NCBI GenBank assembly: GCA_036497345.1
Contig: DASXJP010000663.1
Location: 1 to 53,715 of the forward strand
Direction of reading: 5' to 3'
Origin: Thermoanaerobaculia bacterium
GTDB taxonomy: Bacteria > Acidobacteriota > Thermoanaerobaculia > Multivoradales > UBA5704
DNA: 53,715 nucleotides
Shown piece by piece: positions 47,040 to 53,715 of this stretch. The notes under the pieces are model-generated. The model had not been told where the DNA came from. It made no database searches and saw nothing but the letters and a program-made list of their open reading frames with translations. Within the stretch, counting starts at the first letter, position 1; each line of letters opens with the position of its first letter. The position numbers and the translations under genes are program-made.

Positions 47040-48239
47040 TCAGCCCGCCACCACCAGCACCTCGCACCGCCCCCCCGCCTCCGTCCGCGCCGACCCGGCG
47101 CGGACGCGCGCCAGGGCGGTGCCGTGGGCGTAGGCGGCGAGGTCGTGGGAGCCTTTGAAGAAGTAGGGCGTGACGTGGAGCTCGCCGTTCCGGGCCTCGA
47201 TCTCCGCCGGCAGGAAGCGGTCGCGGGAACCGGCGGCCGGCAGGGGAGAGGCCAGGGTGCCGGTGAGGGCGGGCCCCCACCAGGAATCCTCGAAGCCCAT
47301 CAGGCGGCGCAGGGCGGGGCGGACGAAGAGCCAGAAGCTCACCATCACCGAGGCGGGGTTCCCCGGCAGGCCGAAGACCAGGCCTCCGGGATGGACCGCG
47401 AAGACCACCGGCTTGCCCGGCTGGATCGCCACCGCGTCGAACACCATCTCGCAGCCGGCCGTGGCGAGCACGCCTTCAACCAGATCGAGCTCGCCCATGG
47501 AGACGCCGCCGCAGAGGAGGAGCACGTCGGACCGAAGGCCCCGATGGACGAGCTCGCGGAGGGGCCCCTCCTTGTCGGGCGCGATGCCCAGCGAGGTGAA
47601 GCGCATGCCGAGGGTGGCCCCCGCCGCGAGCAGGAAGTCGGTGTTGGAGTCGCGGAGCTGGCCGGGGGCGGGGACCGCCTCGGGGGGCACCACCTCGTCG
47701 CCGGTCGTCATCACGGCCACGGAGGGCCTGCGGTGGACCAGTGTCTCGCCATAGCCGTGGGTGGCGAGGAGGGCCAGGGCTCCGGGTGTCAGGATCGATC
47801 CCGATGGGAGCATCGGAGCGCCCGTCCTCAGGACCTCCCCCCGGCGGCGGATGTGCTCGCCCGGGGGCACCCCTTTATGGAAGGTCACCCGCTCCCGACC
47901 GCCGTCGGTCAGCTCGACCGGGATCACGCGGTCGGCGGCGGCCGGCACGGGGGCGCCGGTCATGATGCGGGCCACGGCGCCGGGGGGAATCGCGAAGCCG
48001 GGCCGGTCCCCCGCGAAGACGGTGCCGGCCACCGGCCGGGTCTCCTCGGGCTGGATCTCTCCGGCCAGGGCATAGCCGTCCATGGCCGAGACGTCCGCGG
48101 CGGGCACGTCCACGGTCGCGGCCAGGGGACGGGCCAGCACCCGGCCGGCCGCCTCCCGCCGTCCCACCATCTCTCCGTGGAGCGGGCGCACCCGCTCCGC
48201 GATCCGCCGCCAGGCCTCATCCGGGTGAATCAGGGCCAT
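47040..48239 (-). CDS. moeA: Molybdopterin molybdotransferase MoeA
   Basis: SAMDGYA, RRRGE, GGVSMGELD and GLPGNPAS motifs across 399 aa. Confidence 0.9.
   Translation of the reverse strand: MALIHPDEAWRRIAERVRPLHGEMVGRREAAGRVLARPLAATVDVPAADVSAMDGYALAGEIQPEETRPVAGTVFAGDRPGFAIPPGAVARIMTGAPVPAAADRVIPVELTDGGRERVTFHKGVPPGEHIRRRGEVLRTGAPMLPSGSILTPGALALLATHGYGETLVHRRPSVAVMTTGDEVVPPEAVPAPGQLRDSNTDFLLAAGATLGMRFTSLGIAPDKEGPLRELVHRGLRSDVLLLCGGVSMGELDLVEGVLATAGCEMVFDAVAIQPGKPVVFAVHPGGLVFGLPGNPASVMVSFWLFVRPALRRLMGFEDSWWGPALTGTLASPLPAAGSRDRFLPAEIEARNGELHVTPYFFKGSHDLAAYAHGTALARVRAGSARTEAGGRCEVLVVAG
47111..47168. repeat. Right copy of the 58-bp perfect direct repeat, inside the moeA 3' end
   Basis: Identical to 40449-40506. 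The flanks on both sides are similar but diverged. Confidence 0.9.
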
Positions 48240-48332
48240 CGCTCTCCTCCTGGGGCGCCAAACCCCTCCAGATGGTATAGTTGTCCGGCTTTTTCCCAGA
48301 CTGTGAATCTACTCGACGGGAGGAATCTCGCC

Positions 48333-49139
48333 GTGGCCACGGTGGAGAACAGTTTCCAGTACCGGGGCGACCTGTCCCAGACAGCGTTGCCGGAGATCCT
48401 CTATACGATCGACCGTTTCCAGGTTCCCGGGGTCATCGAGGCGAGCCGGGAGGGGGTCATCAAGCAGGTCTACATCAAGGAAGGGAACGTGGTCCACGCC
48501 ACCTCGACGGACCGCGCGGACAGCCTGGGCTCCTACCTGCAACGGGGCGGGATCATCTCGCCCGACCTCTATCTGGAGACGATGCGCGAGCGCGAGCGCA
48601 CCAACAAGCGCTACGGCGTGCTGTTGATCGAGAACGGCATCCTCTCGCCGGCGGACGTCTACCGGGCGATCCGCAAGCAGATCGAGGCGATCGTCTGGAG
48701 CCTCTTCTACTGGCAGGACGGCAGCGTCATCTACAGCATCGGCGAGCTCCCGCAGCTCGACGCGGTGCGCATCCAGATCCCCATGCGGCAGGTGATCCTG
48801 CAGGGGATCAAGCGGGCCCCGGACGCCAAGACCCTGGTCGCGCGGCTCGGCCGGAAAGAGACGGTCCTCGAGCCTTGTTATAAGACGGAGCAGTTGATCG
48901 AGCTCGCCCTCGATGGGGACGAGTACAAGCTCCTGAGCCTGGTCGACGGCCGGCGGACCCTGTTCGACATCTGCACCAAGGGTCCCCACGGCGCCGCCGA
49001 GAACGCCAAGGTGCTGTACGCTTTCCAGGTCCTCCAGCTCATCCGGATCGCCGGGTCCACCCCCCCGCCTCCGGAGGCGCGGGAGACCGGGGCGATCAAG
49101 ATCCGGTTGAAGACCCACGGGGACAAGTTCAGCGTCTGA
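48333..49139 (+). CDS. DUF4388 (PATAN-like) domain protein
   Basis: GTG 48333 lies 8 nt after [52 protein letters not shown] is the DUF4388 signature. The upstream part of track ORF 46866..49139 is antisense to moeA. Confidence 0.7.
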   Translation: MATVENSFQYRGDLSQTALPEILYTIDRFQVPGVIEASREGVIKQVYIKEGNVVHATSTDRADSLGSYLQRGGIISPDLYLETMRERERTNKRYGVLLIENGILSPADVYRAIRKQIEAIVWSLFYWQDGSVIYSIGELPQLDAVRIQIPMRQVILQGIKRAPDAKTLVARLGRKETVLEPCYKTEQLIELALDGDEYKLLSLVDGRRTLFDICTKGPHGAAENAKVLYAFQVLQLIRIAGSTPPPPEARETGAIKIRLKTHGDKFSV

Positions 49140-49153
49140 TAGGAGCAAGCGCG

Positions 49154-49465
49154 ATGCCGATTTACGAGTATGAATGCCTGAGCTGCGGCAAGAGGACGGA
49201 GGTTCTCCAGAAGATGAACGACGCTCCCCTCGCCGCTTGTCCGAATTGCGGCGGCGAGGTGAAGAAGCTGATCTCGGCGCCGGCCTTTCAGCTCAAGGGG
49301 AGCGGCTGGTATGCCACCGACTACGGCGGCAAGAAGGGAGGCGGAGGGGCGTCGGAGAAGTCGGAGAGCAAGTCGGAGGCGAAGACCGAGAGCAAATCGG
49401 AGAGCAAGCCCGAGAAGGCGGCGGTCAGCGAGTCGAAGGGGTCGGGCGGGGGCGGGTCGGAGTAG
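49154..49465 (+). CDS. FmdB-family zinc-ribbon protein with a low-complexity S/E/K tail
   Basis: [12 protein letters not shown]...CPNCGG.VKKL, followed by (SE/SK)-rich repeats. Confidence 0.8.
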   Translation: MPIYEYECLSCGKRTEVLQKMNDAPLAACPNCGGEVKKLISAPAFQLKGSGWYATDYGGKKGGGGASEKSESKSEAKTESKSESKPEKAAVSESKGSGGGGSE

Positions 49466-49565
49466 CCGGGGCCGGAATTCATCGACAGATCCCAATGTTA
49501 CAATGACATTCCGTCGGGCCGCTCCGCCGGCACACCGAGATCCCGCAGACGTTTCAGGAGGCCTC

Positions 49566-51104
49566 ATGAAGTCGAAGCTCCGCCTCATTCCGCTGCTCGC
49601 CCTACCCTTCCTGCTCCGCCAGCCGGCGGCCGCTACCACCTACATGAGGATGCCCGACAGCGCCCTGGTCGATCAGGCCGCGGCGGTGGTGGACGTCAAG
49701 GTCGTGGACGTGAGCCCGGCGCCGCTCGTCGGCCAGCCGGCCACCGACTACCTGGTCGAGGTCAACCGCGTGCTCAAGGGGAGCCTGTCCGGGAGCACCG
49801 TCGTGGTGCGGGTGCCGGGCGGCGTCGATCCCCAGGGGCTGGGGCTCAAGATCTGGGGCGCTCCCCAGCTTGGCAAGGATGAGGAGGCGCTCCTCTTCCT
49901 CCGTCCCGCCAAGGACGGCACCTACCGCATCCTCCACCTGATGCTCGGCGCCTTCCACCAGCGGACGGTCGACGGCAAGACCGTGGCGTTGCGCGACCTC
50001 TCCGGCGCCCACGACGTGAGCGCCAAGAGCGAGGCCGAGGACGGGGTGGACACGGTGCGCGACTTCAACCGCTTCTCCGACTGGGTGGCGGACCGCGCGG
50101 CGGGGGTGCCGAATCCGGGCGACTACGTGCTCGGCAATGCCGACGCCAAGGCCCTGCTCCAGTCGCTCCCCGAGAAGTACGTCCTCCTGACGGCGGGCGA
50201 CAACAACCCCATCCGCTGGTTCCGCTTCGACAACGGCCAGAGCGTGCAGTGGAAGGTGAATTCCGCGGGGCAGCCGGGCCTCGGGCTCGACGCCACCATC
50301 GCGGCCTTCCAGGTGTCCCTGAGCGCCTGGAATTCCAACCCGGGGACCAACATCGACTACGTCTACAGCGGCACGACCTCGGCCTCCAATGGGCTGGTCC
50401 GCTCGGACAACGTCAACACGATCCTCTTCAACGATCCCAACCAGGAGGTCGACGGGCTCTTCGACTGCAGCACCGGCGGCGTGATCGCCATGGGCGGCCC
50501 CTTCTACTACACCTCGACGCGGAGCTATCGGGGCAAGAGCTACCACGAGGCGGTCGAGGCGGACATCGTGACCAACGACGGCACGTCCTGCTTCTTCCAG
50601 AACAACCCCAGCGTGGCGCAGGAGATCTTCGCCCACGAGCTCGGGCACACCCTGGGGCTCGGCCATTCGAAGGACCCCAACGCCCTGATGTACGCCTTCG
50701 CCCACAACGACGGCCGCGGCGCCAGCCTGACGGCCGACGACCGTGCCGCGGTGTCGGTGCTCTACGGCGACGGCAGCGGCACCGGCTCGGGAGGCTCCGG
50801 AGGCTCCGGCGGCGGCTCGGGCAGCCTGACGGCCCCCACCCGCCTGACGATCCGCGCGACCTCCCGTACCACGGCAGTCCTCACCTGGCGCGACAAGGCC
50901 CAGGGGGAGGAGTCCTACGTGGTCGAGAGGGCGCCCGCGCGCCGCGGTCCCTTCCAGGTCATCGCGACCCTGCCCGCCAGCTCCACTTCGGCCCAGTTGA
51001 CGGGGCTCAACCCCGGGACCGCGTACTTCTTCCGCGTGCGCGCCGTGGCGGGCGACCAGACCTCCCCCTACAGTCCGGTGGTCGGGGTCAGGACGCCGCG
51101 CTGA
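49566..51104 (+). CDS. Secreted matrixin (M10) zinc metalloprotease with a C-terminal fibronectin-III-like domain
   Basis: SD CAGGAGG, then ATG 49566. Signal peptide, HELGHTLGLGHS plus Met-turn ALMYA, a G/S linker and an FN3-like LTIRATSRTTAVLTWRD...YFFRVRAV. Confidence 0.85.
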   Translation: MKSKLRLIPLLALPFLLRQPAAATTYMRMPDSALVDQAAAVVDVKVVDVSPAPLVGQPATDYLVEVNRVLKGSLSGSTVVVRVPGGVDPQGLGLKIWGAPQLGKDEEALLFLRPAKDGTYRILHLMLGAFHQRTVDGKTVALRDLSGAHDVSAKSEAEDGVDTVRDFNRFSDWVADRAAGVPNPGDYVLGNADAKALLQSLPEKYVLLTAGDNNPIRWFRFDNGQSVQWKVNSAGQPGLGLDATIAAFQVSLSAWNSNPGTNIDYVYSGTTSASNGLVRSDNVNTILFNDPNQEVDGLFDCSTGGVIAMGGPFYYTSTRSYRGKSYHEAVEADIVTNDGTSCFFQNNPSVAQEIFAHELGHTLGLGHSKDPNALMYAFAHNDGRGASLTADDRAAVSVLYGDGSGTGSGGSGGSGGGSGSLTAPTRLTIRATSRTTAVLTWRDKAQGEESYVVERAPARRGPFQVIATLPASSTSAQLTGLNPGTAYFFRVRAVAGDQTSPYSPVVGVRTPR

Positions 51105-52491
51105 CGCTCGCGCCGGCGTCTGTGCCTTCGTCGGGGCGGGGCTTGTCCCCGCCCTCTTCGTTTCCGGAGAGGTCCTCTCGCCGGGACTCTCCCCACGCCA
51201 CCAGCGCCACCACCAGGCTCGCCGGGATGACCTGGAATCCCAGCCGCGCGAAGCTCGAGATCACGAAGAGCCGGGGCTCGATCGCCGAGATCGACGTGAA
51301 GTAGGTGTAGAAGTAGAAGAGGATCTCCAGCGTGGCCGCGATCGCGAACGGCCGCGCCCGCCGGTGGACGAGGAGGAGAGGCGGCAGGAACATCGTCCAG
51401 AGCAGGCCGTGCCACGCGGGGGTCCGCAGGGCTTCCAGCGTGGCCGCGAGGATCCCTGGCGCCCGCGAGGGGTCGAACGGGCCAGCCGCGCTCAGGGCCT
51501 GGAAGAGGTGGTCGTGGCTCAACCGGTAGAGCCAGAGGAGGACCACCGCCGCCGCCGGCAGGCCGGCGCGCAGCCCCGCTCCCAGCGCGAGCCGGCGCTC
51601 CCCCCAGGCGCGGCGCCCCCATTGCACGAGCACCAGGAAGGCCGCGAGCGGTACCCCCTCGATCTTCGAGCCGGCGGCGAACGCGGCGGCGACGCCGACC
51701 TGGAAGTCTCCGGCGCGGTCCGGCGGCCGGAGCAGCGGCGGCACGGCGGCGGTGAGCGCCAGGGCGATCAGCCAGTCGGCCCCGCCCGCGATCATGCTGC
51801 CGATTCCATACGCGCCGGCCGCGCAGGCGATCGTCGCCAGCCCCGCCTGTCGGGTGAAGCGGCCGGCTCCTCCCTGGCGCAGCCCCTCCCGCGCCGCGGC
51901 GAGCAGGAGGACGAAGAAGGCGCTCGCCTCCAGCATCATCGCGGAGAGATCGAAGCGCCCCGCCAGCAGGGCGGTCACGGCGTAGATCTCCGGCAGGAGG
52001 TTCGGGTAGTCGGGGTGGATCACCCAGCTCCACCGCCGCGCCAGATAGGTGTAGTCGACCCCGCGGGTAAAGAAGAACCGGCGCCCCTTGAGCCCCCAGT
52101 GGAAGACGAAGTCGGAGAAGGTGATCCAATGGCTGAGCGCCAGCAGCGTGAAGACGGCGAGGACGAGCAGCGCGATCCCATCCCCCCAACCCAGCCCTGA
52201 GGGAAAATTCGTCCGGCCCCCCGTCCGCTCCGGGCCCCGCGGCAGGAAGCGCCAGCCGAGGACGTAGAGCGCGATCCCCAGGACCACGAGGAGGAGCGGA
52301 TGCCAGGGGATGCCGGCGAGGTCGAGCAGCGTGAGGAGGAGGTGGAGGACGACGGCGCCGCCCAGAAAGTAGAGCGTGGCCCGGTAGAGACCACCGTCCC
52401 GCGGGGCCGCGAGCCCGGCCGCCAGCCGGCTGCCGAGCAGGCCGAGGAGCACGGGGACGGCGGCGGCCACCAGCAGCGGCAGGGTGCTCAA
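51088..52491 (-). CDS. Large polytopic membrane protein (function unknown; possibly glycosyltransferase-C-like)
   Basis: The TTG start overlaps the upstream stop (TTGA). More than 10 predicted TM helices. The 3' end overlaps the convergent protease gene by 17 nt. Confidence 0.6.
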   Translation of the reverse strand: MSTLPLLVAAAVPVLLGLLGSRLAAGLAAPRDGGLYRATLYFLGGAVVLHLLLTLLDLAGIPWHPLLLVVLGIALYVLGWRFLPRGPERTGGRTNFPSGLGWGDGIALLVLAVFTLLALSHWITFSDFVFHWGLKGRRFFFTRGVDYTYLARRWSWVIHPDYPNLLPEIYAVTALLAGRFDLSAMMLEASAFFVLLLAAAREGLRQGGAGRFTRQAGLATIACAAGAYGIGSMIAGGADWLIALALTAAVPPLLRPPDRAGDFQVGVAAAFAAGSKIEGVPLAAFLVLVQWGRRAWGERRLALGAGLRAGLPAAAVVLLWLYRLSHDHLFQALSAAGPFDPSRAPGILAATLEALRTPAWHGLLWTMFLPPLLLVHRRARPFAIAATLEILFYFYTYFTSISAIEPRLFVISSFARLGFQVIPASLVVALVAWGESRREDLSGNEEGGDKPRPDEGTDAGASVSAAS

Positions 52492-52910
52492 GGCCGCTTC
52501 ACCCGGTAGAGCCAGCCGTCCGGCAGCCGGAGGATCGGCTCGGCGCGGGGATGGTGGATCTCCGTCTTGTAGGCGATAGCGTACCGGGCCAGATCCCCCA
52601 CCGCGGGATCGTCCACCGGGATCACGTCGTATTCCGGCATCAGGTAGGCCGTCCAGCGCCAGACCTCGAACGCGGCCTGGGGCCGCCCTTCCAGCGCGGT
52701 GAACGCGATCACCGTCCCGGGGGGGATCGCCGGCCGCGCAACGTCGAGCGAGCGGGCGAGGGCGTCCGTCTCAGGGATTTGGAAGCGCCAGGCCCACGCC
52801 CCCATGGGGGTCCCGCGGTCGTCCCAGGCCGTGACCGTATGGTTCAGCTCGATAAGGAACGCGCACGCCGCCCAGGCGGCGAGCCCCCCCAGGATCAGGC
52901 GCTTGCGCAT
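52488..52910 (-). CDS. Small membrane-anchored hypothetical protein
   Basis: ATG 52910. N-terminal anchor LILGGLAAWAACAFLI. Translationally coupled to the downstream membrane protein. Confidence 0.5.
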   Translation of the reverse strand: MRKRLILGGLAAWAACAFLIELNHTVTAWDDRGTPMGAWAWRFQIPETDALARSLDVARPAIPPGTVIAFTALEGRPQAAFEVWRWTAYLMPEYDVIPVDDPAVGDLARYAIAYKTEIHHPRAEPILRLPDGWLYRVKRP

Positions 52911-52977
52911 GGCGCCGATCTTACCCTGTCGAAGACCCTGGTAAAATCGCGCCCCCCGTGAGGAGACCGGTCCCTCT

Positions 52978-53715
52978 ATGCCTCTGGCCTTTCACCCCGA
53001 CGAGACCAGCCCGCTGGTCGCCGCCCTGCTGAGCGATCTCGGGATCGCTCCGGGGACGCTCGATCTCGCTGTCGACGCCCGCGACGAGATGCTCGGCTTC
53101 CTGATCGACTCCTCCGAGGGGGATCGCGACCGGGCCCTCTTCGGCTACTTCCGCTCCGGCGCCAGCATCGCCGACTCCCTGGGCCAGGTGCTGCGCTGGC
53201 GCTTCGGCTCCCTGGAGAGGGTGGGGAAGCTCCTCGACTTCGCCAGCGGCTACGGGCGGGTGACCCGCTTCCTGGTGCGCGACGTGCCCCCCGAGCGCGT
53301 CTGGGTGGCGGACGTCTACGCGGACGGCGTCCGCTTCCAGGAGGAGCGGCTGGGGGTGCACGGGCTCGTCTCGACGATCCGGCCGGAGGATTTCGTCTGC
53401 GCCGAGCGCTTCGACGCCATTCTGGTCACCTCGCTTTTCACCCATCTTCCCGAGGAGCGCTTCGTGGCCTGGCTGCGGGTGCTCCTGGGGCTGCTCGCGC
53501 CGGGCGGGATGCTCGCCTTCAGCGCCCACTCCCCCGAGGTGCTGCCGGCGGGCGTCCCCAGCCCCGAGACGGGGATCCACTTTCAGGAGACCAGCGAGAG
53601 CGGCTCGCTGGCCAAGAGCGACTACGGCTCGACCTGGGTGACGGAGGACTTCGTCCGCTCGAGCCTCGACCGCGCGCTGGGCCCCGGCGCCGCTCTCCAC
53701 CGCATCGAGCGGGGG
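52978..53715 (+). CDS. SAM-dependent methyltransferase, 3'-truncated by the window end; paralogue of 45630-47024
   Basis: Not in the ORF track because no stop is reached. My manual translation from ATG 52978 gives MPLAFHPDETS...LLDFASGYGRVTRFLVRDVPPERVWVADVYADGVRFQEERLGVHGLVSTIRPEDFVCAERFDAILVTSLFTHLP..., about 60% identical by eye to the low-GC methyltransferase. Confidence 0.75.
   Translation, partial: MPLAFHPDETSPLVAALLSDLGIAPGTLDLAVDARDEMLGFLIDSSEGDRDRALFGYFRSGASIADSLGQVLRWRFGSLERVGKLLDFASGYGRVTRFLVRDVPPERVWVADVYADGVRFQEERLGVHGLVSTIRPEDFVCAERFDAILVTSLFTHLPEERFVAWLRVLLGLLAPGGMLAFSAHSPEVLPAGVPSPETGIHFQETSESGSLAKSDYGSTWVTEDFVRSSLDRALGPGAALHRIERG

Noticed and set aside
40507-47110. Search for an integrase, recombinase, excisionase or transposase inside the moeA-flanked segment
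   Set aside because: None of the five credible genes or the shadow ORFs shows tyrosine or serine recombinase or DDE motifs. The island hypothesis therefore rests only on the direct repeats and the moeA relic.
46866-48332. Upstream 489 codons of the 757-aa plus-strand ORF 46866..49139
   Set aside because: This region is antisense to moeA and the methyltransferase. The real DUF4388 gene starts at GTG 48333 behind a GGGAGGA SD.
52921-53700. 259-aa minus-strand ORF at the window end
   Set aside because: It is antisense to an open plus-strand frame that translates into a clear methyltransferase paralogue. The plus-strand frame is absent from the track only because it has no stop within the window.

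Overview
High-GC (about 70%) bacterial chromosomal window. Gene content (DUF1800/DUF1501 pair, DUF4388 proteins, BlaR1-like sensor, many secreted repeat proteins) suggests an Acidobacteriota- or Myxococcota-like organism, but taxonomy cannot be proven from this sequence. The window opens in the 3' end of a 5S rRNA and holds about 45 protein genes, tRNA-Ala(GGC) and tRNA-Sec(UCA). Many long ORFs in the six-frame track are antisense or out-of-frame shadows typical of high GC. I kept the frame with recognisable family motifs and trimmed N-terminal read-through extensions to starts with a signal peptide, SD or start/stop overlap. All family calls come from motif recall, with no searches run. Main points: (1) a translationally coupled minus-strand locus (about 16.0-28.9 kb) mixes ABC and RND efflux parts. 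It includes a single 1284-codon ORF in which an RND-like 12-TM permease that has lost its proton-relay acidic residue is fused to a complete ABC ATPase domain, and an ABC-2 permease fused to an M1-aminopeptidase-like domain without HExxH. (2) A 6.6-kb segment is bracketed by 58-bp perfect direct repeats derived from the 3' end of moeA, with a divergent moeA 3' relic at the far end. It carries a TIR-TM-beta-sandwich protein, a Cys-rich secreted peptide, PhoD and two methyltransferases, one in a low-GC patch, and has no integrase. (3) selC has a mosaic downstream flank with an ISAzo13-like transposase relic and a low-GC membrane gene. (4) A BlaI/BlaR1-type pair has a sigma70 promoter overlapped by a palindromic operator and an unusual LTxxQ-rich coiled-coil sensor tail. 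(5) A CheY-GAF-DUF4388 operon is present. (6) A dispersed G/C-rich REP-like family has one copy translated in frame and one head-to-head pair abutting a start codon. No CRISPR array, integrase or intact IS was seen.
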